This document shows, in pieces, positions 47,531 through 57,101 of a stretch of DNA of 64,000 bases (its first letter is position 1; every line of letters begins with the position of its first letter). The DNA lies in IMG/VR virus record IMGVR_UViG_3300033073_001657, positions 29,419-93,418 of that record. One strand, written 5' to 3'. The translations under genes and the position numbers were made by a program. Source of the stretch: a virus. Its lineage: Duplodnaviria > Heunggongvirae > Uroviricota > Caudoviricetes. The notes beneath the pieces are model-generated. The model was not told the DNA's origin and did not search any database. It saw nothing but the letters and a program-made list of their open reading frames with translations.

Positions 47531-49048
47531 ATGAATGGAATTTTAAATTTTTCCCAATGGGTCAGAACTACTGCACTAAATGAAAACGTTAAAGCAGCAA
47601 AAGCTTACTTAATTAAAAAGTACGCCGACTATCATAAGCTTGAGGAAATTACACCAGAAGATGAACGCAAAGCAGTTGACATTAAAGCTTATCATCAGAT
47701 TAGAGAAATAGTTGGATCGAACGATGGATACGTTTACCCATTCATTAAGTTTCATTTTGAGCAAAAAATACCTATATCTGGTTCAGCTGAGACTCGAGTT
47801 ACCCTAAAAAATCTCTATGCTAAGATTAAGGATCACGCTGGAATTCTAAATACTCTTCCTATGACTATTCAACAGTATTCTGAAACTCCAATGGTTGGAG
47901 GTGTTTCTGGCTGTGAAGCGTTAATGGATGAGTTTGATAGATATGATCTTAGGAAAAAACATAAATGGGTCATTGAAAAAGTTAATGGCGAGTTACGTAG
48001 AAGCATTAAGCAATTGTCAAGAGATGAAATTAACAGGTTGTATGATGCCGCTAAGATAATAGATGATGTTGATGCGGAGTCCGGAAAAGAATATAAAGAC
48101 AGTCAGCAAGTAAGCATATTAAAGAAATCTAATGCATTTAAAGATGGATTAACTTATTTGAATGCAATTGAATCTACCGCTGAAGGTTTATCAAACTCAG
48201 ATGTAAATCAAAAAATTAATGAATTAAGAACAGTTTCACCAGAAGCAGGTTTAATTTATGCTGGTGGAGGATACCTTGTAATATCAGTTAGAACACAGAG
48301 AGCTCAACTTGAACTATTTAAAATAGTTGATTCGACATGGTGCTTAAATTATGCAAAAGCTCATAAATCATATGGAGGAAAGCCAGGATACCTACAGTAT
48401 AATATTTTCAATTTTAATTTACCAGTAACAGATCAGTTATATATTGTTGGGAATACAATTGATGCATCTAATAATCTTTCAAATGCTCATCAGATGAATG
48501 ATGCGTCAATCGTAAAATCTAGAAATTTTGCTGAACACCTTAGAATATTAGGATATCCAGAAGAATTAATTACGGCGACCGTTGAAAGTATCCCAGAAGA
48601 GAGACAAATTAAAAATATTGTTGCTGACTTAGAATTAGAGTCTCCTAATCCAACAGAATCACTATTTAAAATTATTAAATCGAGTTACCACACGAGCATA
48701 GATAAGGATCCTGAGCTTTTAAGCATCATAGTTGGAATTATACGAGACCAATTAGCTAAAAGACTTTCTAAACAAGCTATTTTAGAAGGTTACATGAAGT
48801 TTGGAGTCATGTCCGAATTTTCGGCGAGAGTATTAAATGTTCTTATTCCAAATATCACAGATGAAGAAAAAACTCAGCTACTAAATAAAAATGATCAGAT
48901 CATAAATGATCCGGTTAGAGGTTTTAAAGCAGTTATAGCTAGAAACGGTAGATCGATGTATCCACAAATAACTAAAGCTGTCGATAATGAAGAAAAAATT
49001 AAAGACATTATTGCTAGTGGAGAATCAATTACTTCTGAAGGTTTCTAA
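47531..49048 (+). CDS. virion/internal protein candidate with CTS (MNGILNFSQWVRTTALNE)
   Basis: 505-aa ORF. Confidence 0.55.
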   Translation: MNGILNFSQWVRTTALNENVKAAKAYLIKKYADYHKLEEITPEDERKAVDIKAYHQIREIVGSNDGYVYPFIKFHFEQKIPISGSAETRVTLKNLYAKIKDHAGILNTLPMTIQQYSETPMVGGVSGCEALMDEFDRYDLRKKHKWVIEKVNGELRRSIKQLSRDEINRLYDAAKIIDDVDAESGKEYKDSQQVSILKKSNAFKDGLTYLNAIESTAEGLSNSDVNQKINELRTVSPEAGLIYAGGGYLVISVRTQRAQLELFKIVDSTWCLNYAKAHKSYGGKPGYLQYNIFNFNLPVTDQLYIVGNTIDASNNLSNAHQMNDASIVKSRNFAEHLRILGYPEELITATVESIPEERQIKNIVADLELESPNPTESLFKIIKSSYHTSIDKDPELLSIIVGIIRDQLAKRLSKQAILEGYMKFGVMSEFSARVLNVLIPNITDEEKTQLLNKNDQIINDPVRGFKAVIARNGRSMYPQITKAVDNEEKIKDIIASGESITSEGF

Positions 49049-49078
49049 ACTTTTAACGGCACCTGAGTATAATCTATC

Positions 49079-49357
49079 ATGAAACAAAATAAGATAGACG
49101 ATGCTCTTTTTGATTGTTATCGAGAGCTTTTTGCTAATTCTACACCAGTTGGAGACTTTGATAAATTGGTAGAGACTGCTACCGTCAATGAAAGAGGTCA
49201 AAAGGAGATCCCGTTTGATGATTATGAAATAAGTGAAGAGAGATTTCAGGAGATTATCAAAGAGACTTTAACTAAACATAAGGTTCCAAAAAGATTACAT
49301 GAATCATTTAGCGTCGCGATTCATTTAGGTTGTTCACCAAGATTTACTAAGAGGTGA
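49079..49357 (+). CDS. hypothetical protein
   Basis: 92 aa. The GAGTATAAT box at 49065-49074 lies upstream. Confidence 0.45.
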   Translation: MKQNKIDDALFDCYRELFANSTPVGDFDKLVETATVNERGQKEIPFDDYEISEERFQEIIKETLTKHKVPKRLHESFSVAIHLGCSPRFTKR

Positions 49358-49563
49358 GAGATTACTTGAGACTCATGGTCCCAGCCATACGCTGACATCT
49401 TTCCATTGTGAGTGAACGACCAAGTCATTGGATTCTTACCATGATAGTTTACAATGACTATTTCATATCCATTATCACGAAGTAATTTTAGGTTAGCTCG
49501 ATACTCTTCTTGCATCGCTTGAAGCTTAGCTCTCTTTTTTGGGCCAATATAATCGTTTCTCAT
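49321..49563 (-). CDS. hypothetical protein
   Basis: 80 aa. An ATGA overlap joins it to the stop of the M28 gene. Confidence 0.4.
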   Translation of the reverse strand: MRNDYIGPKKRAKLQAMQEEYRANLKLLRDNGYEIVIVNYHGKNPMTWSFTHNGKMSAYGWDHESQVISHLLVNLGEQPK

Positions 49564-50309
49564 TCTTGTGTGACTATTGGAACTAATATCTTTTCAACAA
49601 AGGTTTGCATGTCTTCAGTATCAATCGTGTCCAGAGAATCTCTTTCAGAGTGACAGTTGTAAACCATTGAAAAATCTAAATATTCATCTCCCCATTTTAC
49701 ATTCGACTCACCTTCGGTCAATATCGGTAGGGGATTGATTACGACAGAATCGATTCCATGCTTTCTAAAGATCACCGAATCATTGAATGGAGTACGAACT
49801 ATCGGACATTCAAAGATCCCTCTAATGTGATCTGATAATTTACCTGGGTAATCGCCAATAAAGAAAGTATCTCCTCCTTTTCCAGTCAGTTCAAGGTTAA
49901 GAATCCATTCGACTTCTCCGAACTCTCCGCCATTGACCTGATTAGCTAAATGTTCTGAACCTAGACCTCCGACCTCTTCGCCATCTAAAAGAACGACGGT
50001 TAATTCAGGACAAAGGAGTTTTAGTGCGATCGCATTTATCACCGATGCTGAATTATCGTTTGCATTATCGATGTTTGGATTCACGATGTCATGATGGGCA
50101 GTGACAATCCTATTGCTCGTACCTCGTAAAACGATATTGAATCCTCGATTATTATCATCGATCCACCACGTGTGAAGTTCCTGAAGAATTCCATGTTTTT
50201 GAATAAGTTCAGTCAAGAAATTTACTCGTGGAGTAGTGTCAAATCCGTTTCTATAACACGAACCAGTGTTTCTTGCTTTACAGAATTCTATTATCTCTTC
50301 ATATATCAT
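49560..50309 (-). CDS. M28-family zinc aminopeptidase-like protein
   Basis: Motifs AHHD (HxD), NANDNSASV (DDxSG-like), LLDGEEVGGLGS (EExGLxGS) and ILNLELTG. Confidence 0.55.
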   Translation of the reverse strand: MIYEEIIEFCKARNTGSCYRNGFDTTPRVNFLTELIQKHGILQELHTWWIDDNNRGFNIVLRGTSNRIVTAHHDIVNPNIDNANDNSASVINAIALKLLCPELTVVLLDGEEVGGLGSEHLANQVNGGEFGEVEWILNLELTGKGGDTFFIGDYPGKLSDHIRGIFECPIVRTPFNDSVIFRKHGIDSVVINPLPILTEGESNVKWGDEYLDFSMVYNCHSERDSLDTIDTEDMQTFVEKILVPIVTQE

Positions 50310-50320
50310 GATCTAATAAT

Positions 50321-50355
50321 ACTAAAAATGCCCCTGATAATAAAACCAAGGGCAT
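50321..50355 (-). terminator. rho-independent terminator after ORF 50377-50769
   Basis: Stem atgcccctg / caagggcat with a T-run on the minus strand. Confidence 0.5.
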
Positions 50356-50376
50356 CATAAAATAAGATTTAATGAG

Positions 50377-50769
50377 TTATTCTTCTACTTTAGAGTATTT
50401 TCTAGAAGTTCTAGAGGTTGCGCTTAATAGAGTAGGTGCAGCCGCCCCTTCAGGTAAAGGAACAGTCATTATGTATTTGATGCTTGGGCACTTTCCAGCA
50501 AGGGCAATGATATCCACCGTGTCTTCATGAGTGTCTTTACCTGCAAACTCTACTTTTTCTGAGACTAATTGATCACTTAAGTCAATTCTTTTAAACTGCT
50601 CTCTAACCGCGAGCTTAACTTCAGCAACAGTCAAACTATCTGATTCTTTATTGATGTCAAAGACGAATGATCTAGTTGCAGGTTTAGTTGTTCCTTCAAA
50701 GAAGGCTTCTACTTTTACGAATGCTTTCATGTTTATGAATTTAAGTTTTTTTAATAGTATGAATACCAT
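50377..50769 (-). CDS. hypothetical protein
   Basis: 130-aa ORF. Confidence 0.45.
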   Translation of the reverse strand: MVFILLKKLKFINMKAFVKVEAFFEGTTKPATRSFVFDINKESDSLTVAEVKLAVREQFKRIDLSDQLVSEKVEFAGKDTHEDTVDIIALAGKCPSIKYIMTVPLPEGAAAPTLLSATSRTSRKYSKVEE

Positions 50770-52934
50770 GCTGGGAAGTCATTCTCCCACCAATAATCAC
50801 TCGGACCGACGTTTACTACGCTTACTGATGACTGTCCAAAATAATAGTGATCTGATGCATTAACATTTGTATCAGGTACAATACTAATAATTGCACGATC
50901 AGTAAGATTCCATACATCGACTTCACCAGTCACGTTAGCATCTGCCGAGATGTTTGTTCCAGATAAAATATTTCCTTTTAGATCATATAAGTTGGCACTC
51001 CAACCGCCGATGTTATTTTGCCATGCAAATAACAGAGTATCACGGCCAAGTTCTCCTTTCCAATCATTTGAATAGATCATAGGTAGAGTATACTCGAAAT
51101 AATCTTCACGTAGGATAGAAATGGTCTTGCCATAGTCAGCATCATCTACTCCAGTATCATGAACGATCACGATTGATCCCCATCCAGTGTTATTTGGATA
51201 GTATGCGAACTCAATGGTCGGCGAGATATCACCATACCCGTTCTTATGAGAAACGAATACTTTATTGTACCAAACACCAGTCTCAGTATTAAGATCTAGA
51301 ATATCGTAGTTTGAGTTTTTATTCACAATATACGTTCTTTCACTGCTGAAATCGACTATTGCCAGCGTATCATGCGTTCGATAATATTGAGTGGATGAAC
51401 CTAAGTTCTGAGATACAGAATTGCTCTGCCCATCACTATCAACTTTAATCCAAAAATATGTATTGTTACTATTATCGTAAAAACAATATAGTCTCGCAGA
51501 ACTTAGGAAGAAGCCATCGACTAACTTAGAAGTATTGATACTAATTGCTGCGTTTACGACAGTACGCGAAGCATTAGGCTTAAAGATCACTCTTTGATAA
51601 TTCTCGCTGCCTCGACCGACTCCCTCATCCCAGGTAAATCCGTCGAAGATGATTGTTTGGTCTTCACTAAATGAACGAATCACTCTTTCATAATCGAAGT
51701 GGAAAGTATCAAACGCATAAGCTAGAGTAGTGTCTTCGCTAAAACTTGAAGTTCCATCAAATAGTACATAAGTATTTAATGTATCTACTCGATACCACCA
51801 TATGTTATTATCATACCAACTGTCGATCTCGTTAGAATAGGTCACCATCAAATCATTACTTAAGGTTACTCCAAGTATTCCGTCATCATTATAGTCAGAC
51901 ATTCCATTAGGATAATCTGAATCCCAATAGTGATAATAAACATTGATGTCTAATAGATTAGCACCGGCGGCTGTCTGTTGGATGATCTCATTCGTGTTAT
52001 AATCGTATGAGCAAATTAAATTTGAATCGTCGGAAGATCCGCTTAATATAAAAAAGTATTTATTATTTCCATAAAAAGAATCTCTTCTAAAGTTATCGTG
52101 TTGGTATGAAGTAAGATTAAGAGATTTTATAACTGCACCGGTTGAATCAAACACTTTAAATGATTTATATTCACCAGTTGTATAATCTGCCTTAGTCACT
52201 GTGATAAAGTCTGCATTCCAATCATTTGTAATATTCCAAGTCTCTTCTCCTGTTATGATACTATCGACTATTGAAACTGAACCATTAATCATGGTTCCTA
52301 AATAGTATTTGGTTGAATCAGCACTTCTCCAACTAATAAAAGTCTCTCCGTTTTTCATTGGATGTACGGAATAGTCAGCACCACCTCCAAATGGATATAA
52401 GTAAATATCACTAATCGTATATTTCTTAACTGTTGATCCATTAAATATGTGGAGTTCTAATCCAGTGGTTTCAGATATTGCATATACGTAAAACATTACT
52501 CCATTTTTAACATAACGACCTGTTACAACATACTGAGTAGTATCAATCGTTAGTTTCTTGATCACGTCTCCGTTAATATCAGTAAAAATATATTTTCTGA
52601 TATTATTACTTGAATATCGTAAAATGAAGCCCTTGTCTTGTAAAACATAAATCGTATCTGAATATGTCGACGGTATATTAGTAGCTCTAATATCAGTTAA
52701 CATATCAGTATCGTAGTTATACGTATAATACTTGTATTCTCCATCTTCTATGAAACTACTCATTGACGACCGACCAGTCAGTGCATAATTTTTCGCAAGC
52801 CCGCCTGATCCAGCAGCGGCTGCTGCCGCCATTGCCGCACTATACGACATCTGCTCGAACAGCATACGTTCTTCCATCTTGCGTCGAATTTCCTTCTGCT
52901 CAGGAGTCTCATGTCCCCAGTTAATAAATGACAT
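50751..52934 (-). CDS. tail fibre/tailspike-like protein (shared N-terminal anchor domain)
   Basis: 727 aa. N-terminal MSFINWGHETPEQKEIRRKMEE...AAAAAAGSGG is about 70% nucleotide-identical to the N-terminus of ORF 61891-62757. The C-terminus is Asn/Tyr/Ser/Thr-rich. Late box at 52947-52961. Confidence 0.55.
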   Translation of the reverse strand: MSFINWGHETPEQKEIRRKMEERMLFEQMSYSAAMAAAAAAGSGGLAKNYALTGRSSMSSFIEDGEYKYYTYNYDTDMLTDIRATNIPSTYSDTIYVLQDKGFILRYSSNNIRKYIFTDINGDVIKKLTIDTTQYVVTGRYVKNGVMFYVYAISETTGLELHIFNGSTVKKYTISDIYLYPFGGGADYSVHPMKNGETFISWRSADSTKYYLGTMINGSVSIVDSIITGEETWNITNDWNADFITVTKADYTTGEYKSFKVFDSTGAVIKSLNLTSYQHDNFRRDSFYGNNKYFFILSGSSDDSNLICSYDYNTNEIIQQTAAGANLLDINVYYHYWDSDYPNGMSDYNDDGILGVTLSNDLMVTYSNEIDSWYDNNIWWYRVDTLNTYVLFDGTSSFSEDTTLAYAFDTFHFDYERVIRSFSEDQTIIFDGFTWDEGVGRGSENYQRVIFKPNASRTVVNAAISINTSKLVDGFFLSSARLYCFYDNSNNTYFWIKVDSDGQSNSVSQNLGSSTQYYRTHDTLAIVDFSSERTYIVNKNSNYDILDLNTETGVWYNKVFVSHKNGYGDISPTIEFAYYPNNTGWGSIVIVHDTGVDDADYGKTISILREDYFEYTLPMIYSNDWKGELGRDTLLFAWQNNIGGWSANLYDLKGNILSGTNISADANVTGEVDVWNLTDRAIISIVPDTNVNASDHYYFGQSSVSVVNVGPSDYWWENDFPAWYSYY

Positions 52935-52946
52935 ATTAAAAAGTTA

Positions 52947-52961
52947 TTTTAGTTATTTATC
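52947..52961 (-). promoter_or_regulatory. late-type promoter box (GATAAATAACTAAAA on - strand)
   Basis: Recurrent motif. Confidence 0.45.
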
Positions 52962-53000
52962 TTACTCTTATTTTAAAATTAGATCTCTATTTTGTATAAT

Positions 53001-53957
53001 ATGTACATGAAAAAAAGAAGCATAGGCAATACGATCGAACGAATTCGAGAAGAAATGAGATTAGAAGAAGAACCAAAGGACTTAACTGTTCCGTGTTGTT
53101 GGAGCAATTTGAAGAACGATGCATTTGCGCCAGCGTATATCACAGTAGAACAGGTTCCAGCTGGCGTATATGAGATCGATTATAATAGCTCGATAGGTAC
53201 ACATACATTAAATAAGCAGCCATTCAAAACGGATGAATTATATCATCTCCCTTCTCCTGAGATCATGGATATCCTTAAAGATATCGAAAACTTTTGGACC
53301 AGGGCAGATATCTATCGTAAGTACAACTTTGTACATAAACGAGGTATCTTAATGTATGGAGAACCCGGATGTGGTAAATCAGGTATCATTCAGATCCTAG
53401 CTAACATGCTGATGGAATTGAATGGAATTGTGATCAATATTAAGTCGCAGCAAGATATCGATTACTTCATTGATTTTATCCCAACATTTAGAAAGATTGA
53501 GCCATCACGACCGCTAGTCGTGATTCTTGAAGACATCGATGCTCTTGCTGGAGAGGACAGATATTCTACTTCTCAACTCTTAAATATCCTAGATGGAGTA
53601 AAACAGATTGAGGGAGTAGTGTATATTGCAACGACGAACTATCCAGAAAAATTACAGGAACGTTTGACTAATCGACCTTCTCGATTTGATCGTCGATACA
53701 AGATCGAGTTGCCTAGCAAAGAGATTCGCCGAGCTTACATCACAAATAAGCTTAATGCAGAGGACCTTGCCAATATCGATCTTGATGAATGGGTAAAGAG
53801 AACCGACGGCATGTCGCTATCTCACCTAAAAGAAGTAGTGGTGTCAGTTGTTGTAATGGGCAGAACTTTTGAGGAGACAATAGATTCTCTTGAAGAACTT
53901 AAGAAGGCACCTAAAGTAAAAGAAACTAAACAAGTAGGTTTTGGAACAGAACGATAA
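53001..53957 (+). CDS. AAA+ ATPase (classic AAA clade)
   Basis: Walker A GEPGCGKSG, Walker B VVILEDID, and the SRH-like TTNYPEKL...RPSRFDRRY. The track starts the ORF at TTG 52992, which is probably a TTGTATAAT promoter box. ATG at 53001 or 53007 is preferred. Confidence 0.75.
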   Translation: MYMKKRSIGNTIERIREEMRLEEEPKDLTVPCCWSNLKNDAFAPAYITVEQVPAGVYEIDYNSSIGTHTLNKQPFKTDELYHLPSPEIMDILKDIENFWTRADIYRKYNFVHKRGILMYGEPGCGKSGIIQILANMLMELNGIVINIKSQQDIDYFIDFIPTFRKIEPSRPLVVILEDIDALAGEDRYSTSQLLNILDGVKQIEGVVYIATTNYPEKLQERLTNRPSRFDRRYKIELPSKEIRRAYITNKLNAEDLANIDLDEWVKRTDGMSLSHLKEVVVSVVVMGRTFEETIDSLEELKKAPKVKETKQVGFGTER

Positions 53958-54339
53958 TTGGAAATTTTTTAAAGAGATTGACTTCTCAGACGAGTCGGTC
54001 ATAAAATATAACGTTGATACTCGAGACTTCCATGTGAGTTGCATGAGAGCGGAGGATATAGATTCAGAGTTCGATACGACCAAGATAGAGAAGTACGCAG
54101 ATCGCTTCTTTCACACCTCAGACGAGGTCATTGATCTATTGGATCGGTACTTTATTGAGAGCGGAGGCCGAGTCAAGTGGAGGTTCTTTTCGCTAGAAGG
54201 AATAGATAACTGGTCAATGAAATACATCAGAATTCGTCGCACGCCTCATGGATTAGTAGTATGTAATGAGGACAATCGAGCTCTAAGAAAAGATATTTTA
54301 GCGAATAAAGTTAATCCGGAACATTTAAGTGCTCACTAA
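53941..54339 (+). CDS. hypothetical protein
   Basis: 132-aa ORF. Confidence 0.45.
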   Translation: MEQNDNWKFFKEIDFSDESVIKYNVDTRDFHVSCMRAEDIDSEFDTTKIEKYADRFFHTSDEVIDLLDRYFIESGGRVKWRFFSLEGIDNWSMKYIRIRRTPHGLVVCNEDNRALRKDILANKVNPEHLSAH

Positions 54340-54370
54340 TTTATAGTATAATAATTAAAATCAATAACTT

Positions 54371-54577
54371 ATGGTAATTACAATCGCAATCTTAAGCCTA
54401 ATTGGAATGATCCTTAGTCTTTTTAACAATGTCTTTAATCACGATAAGTGTGATGTTAATCTTCTTTTTCCAGCAATTTTAACAATTGCAGTATGGGAAG
54501 CAAATATTACTCTAGCCATAATTACAATAGTTGTGACTGCAGTGATCGCAATAATTGGTTTAGCGCATAATAATTAA
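54371..54577 (+). CDS. small membrane protein
   Basis: 68 aa with two transmembrane helices. The TAGTATAATAAT box at 54345-54356 lies upstream. Confidence 0.45.
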   Translation: MVITIAILSLIGMILSLFNNVFNHDKCDVNLLFPAILTIAVWEANITLAIITIVVTAVIAIIGLAHNN

Positions 54578-54579
54578 AT

Positions 54580-54882
54580 ATGAAACACTTAATCAAACAG
54601 TATCCTAACGATCAGGAATTAGGTCGCGCGATACGAAAACGATTCTTAACTGAAGGTGATGAAGCAGCTGAGCTCTTAAAGGAGGTTCTTGCTCTACATG
54701 GATTTGGTGGGTATGGTTATACGAACGGTTTAGTCGAAAGAGGTATTTATCTTGAGACAGAAGACGGTCAGATCAGAAAGTGGAAGAACTCTTGTGATGG
54801 CGAGATGATGAATGAAGTAGATGCAAAAATAAGAGCATTCTTAGAAAAAATAGGAGACAATGACAGGAAAGATCGTAAATAA
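54580..54882 (+). CDS. hypothetical protein
   Basis: 100-aa ORF. Confidence 0.45.
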   Translation: MKHLIKQYPNDQELGRAIRKRFLTEGDEAAELLKEVLALHGFGGYGYTNGLVERGIYLETEDGQIRKWKNSCDGEMMNEVDAKIRAFLEKIGDNDRKDRK

Positions 54883-55093
54883 GGATAATGAGTTAATGGT
54901 TGAGTACTTGACTCAGTACGGTAGAACTAAAACGATTCCTATTATCAAAGCACCTGAGTCAATCAAAGAGGGACATGTAGTTGATTTTCAACCAGTTGAC
55001 GAGTTTTCTCATCCTATGCTCTTCGTAAACGTTGGCCTTTTTGAAGGGCTTGAATCAGCACTAATCCTAGTAGACTACGGCAACAATGATTGA
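54860..55093 (+). CDS. hypothetical protein
   Basis: 77-aa ORF. Confidence 0.4.
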   Translation: MTGKIVNKDNELMVEYLTQYGRTKTIPIIKAPESIKEGHVVDFQPVDEFSHPMLFVNVGLFEGLESALILVDYGNND

Positions 55094-55418
55094 TGATATT
55101 AAGATCGTGCATCTAAAGAGCAATGCACAACGTCTTGAGACATGGATCGCTATGGTCAATGGTGAGATAGTTGGTCACATCTATATGGAACGAGAAGAGA
55201 ATAAGAAGATCAAGTTCTTGGATGCTTGGGTTCATGAAGATCACCGACGTAAAGGAATATTCAGAAGTCTTTGGGATGCTAGATGGGACTATGTACAATT
55301 AAAGTTTAAAGGCTATCTAGTCTATGCTTGGTGTAAGCCGGCTTCTCTACCTCTACTTATTGAAAAGGGCTTTGATGCTGGTGAGACATGTACATATGTT
55401 GAAAAAATAGTAGATTAA
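55086..55418 (+). CDS. small GNAT-like acetyltransferase (putative)
   Basis: HEDHRRKGIFRSLW resembles GNAT motif A (R/Q-x-x-G-x-G/A). Confidence 0.35.
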   Translation: MIDDIKIVHLKSNAQRLETWIAMVNGEIVGHIYMEREENKKIKFLDAWVHEDHRRKGIFRSLWDARWDYVQLKFKGYLVYAWCKPASLPLLIEKGFDAGETCTYVEKIVD

Positions 55419-56413
55419 GCGATTCCTTTTGGGCCATCAATCGATGGAAATCTTGCCGGGTTAGTGAAAGCAATAAATATCTGACGAATATATGCGCCTT
55501 TTCCCTGCCAACCGAAATCCTTTATGTCTTTGATCTCAACGTTAGGGTCAGCTAAACCTGATTTAATTCGAGTCTTAAGCTCATCGATTTGAAGTTTAGC
55601 TCTAGCGATAGAGCCAGATGGACCTTCCTTCGGTCCAGCCCCTCCTCTACTTGTCAATCCCATCCACGCTTTACCGTCTTTACTCTCCTCAATAACTACT
55701 CTCCAATTTACTTTCCAAGAGGAATCATCCATTTTAATATCAATGCTCGTAATCTCAGGATTACGACCGCTCTGATAGAATTCTAGCAGTGCTTTATTTA
55801 CTTTAGTGTTCATCATTCCTCCGAAACCATCCTTTTTTCTAGACTGGAATGAGTGCATCGCGTCGTAGTCTCCAGGTCTAGGGGAATACGATCCCTCGAC
55901 AATTACCCTGTTTGGAGTAGACCTTTGAGATCCAGTAGAGATCGATGCATATTTTTTTAGAGCTCCCCAATGGAGTGGACTATTTGACTTAGATTCGCCT
56001 GGAACAATTCCTTCACCTCGACTAAAACCAGAACCTACATATACATTTTTTGCAGGTATCCCATTTTTTACTGCATTTACTACTATTTGTTTAGCGCTAG
56101 GTCCGTGTGGCTCAATTATGAAAACTCTACTAGGATTGATGTGAGGACTTTTTGATATTTCTTCAGCCTTACTACATCCTGCACTAAACATATAAACGTC
56201 AATCTTTGGATTTTTAGATAAGAATTCTAGTATTACTGAAGTAGGAGTGTTATATCTAAAGCCTTTTACGTTCTTAGAAGAGCCGTATGTCTTCTTTAAT
56301 AGTTGTACCTGTTGATCGATCTTATAATCACTAGGTCGATAGTCAAGTCCACCGATTAGCACTGCATCATACGATGAACCTTCATAATCTTCGTAAATTT
56401 TAATGTACTTCAT
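55415..56413 (-). CDS. virion protein candidate with CTS-like N-terminus (MKYIKIYEDYE)
   Basis: 332 aa. Late box at 56414-56428. Confidence 0.55.
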   Translation of the reverse strand: MKYIKIYEDYEGSSYDAVLIGGLDYRPSDYKIDQQVQLLKKTYGSSKNVKGFRYNTPTSVILEFLSKNPKIDVYMFSAGCSKAEEISKSPHINPSRVFIIEPHGPSAKQIVVNAVKNGIPAKNVYVGSGFSRGEGIVPGESKSNSPLHWGALKKYASISTGSQRSTPNRVIVEGSYSPRPGDYDAMHSFQSRKKDGFGGMMNTKVNKALLEFYQSGRNPEITSIDIKMDDSSWKVNWRVVIEESKDGKAWMGLTSRGGAGPKEGPSGSIARAKLQIDELKTRIKSGLADPNVEIKDIKDFGWQGKGAYIRQIFIAFTNPARFPSIDGPKGIA

Positions 56414-56448
56414 ATTTTTTATTTATTCTATTTTGTAGTATAATAGTC
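56414..56448. promoter_or_regulatory. back-to-back divergent promoter core (late box for - gene, TAGTATAAT box for + gene)
   Basis: attttttatttattctattttgtagtataatag lies between ORFs 55415-56413 (-) and 56451-57101 (+). Confidence 0.4.
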
Positions 56449-56450
56449 TC

Positions 56451-57101
56451 ATGATAGACAACTTGGAACTCATAAGACCCTTACTTAACTTCTCAGAACC
56501 AGGAGATTTCTATATGCTCTATGTGTTTAAACGTAAGAAGGACCAGCCCGAAGGGGAACGCGAAAATCACCAGTCGGTCAGAACTATTAAAAGCTATTGC
56601 ATTGAGAGTATCGATCACCTAGAGAGACGCTGGGATGAGATCAAGCAGCTGTGCGAAGTATTTAAGGCTAGAGCTTATATTCATGTGCAAAAACAAAACC
56701 ATATGGAAGTCTCACTGAACATGATGGTCGACCTAGCTGAACGTATTCGAAATGGTGTCCCAAATCAAAAGGGACTCTTTGATTCGGTCGTTGGTCAAAT
56801 GAAGACTCAAGAGAAACGTTGGATCATTGACGTGGACGATCAAAAAGAGCCAAGCCCAATGATGGCAACATTTATTGAATATGAATGTATGCCATATACT
56901 GACATTATATTTGATGGTGCTGGTATGCCGGTCGGATTTGCAAAAGGTCCAAAGATCGAGGCAGTTATTCCCACTAAGAACGGACATCACTTGATCACCA
57001 AAAAATTTGACGTGCTGAAGTTTAGAGAGAAATATCCAGACATCGACATACAGAAGAAGAATCCGACTTTATTATATTATCCAAATTCACTAGAGAAATG
57101 A
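56451..57101 (+). CDS. hypothetical protein
   Basis: 216-aa ORF. Confidence 0.5.
   Translation: MIDNLELIRPLLNFSEPGDFYMLYVFKRKKDQPEGERENHQSVRTIKSYCIESIDHLERRWDEIKQLCEVFKARAYIHVQKQNHMEVSLNMMVDLAERIRNGVPNQKGLFDSVVGQMKTQEKRWIIDVDDQKEPSPMMATFIEYECMPYTDIIFDGAGMPVGFAKGPKIEAVIPTKNGHHLITKKFDVLKFREKYPDIDIQKKNPTLLYYPNSLEK

Noticed and set aside
52992-53000. TTG start of the AAA ATPase as given in the ORF track
   Set aside because: The TTGTATAAT there matches the recurrent class-2 promoter box. A downstream ATG at 53001 or 53007 is the more plausible start.
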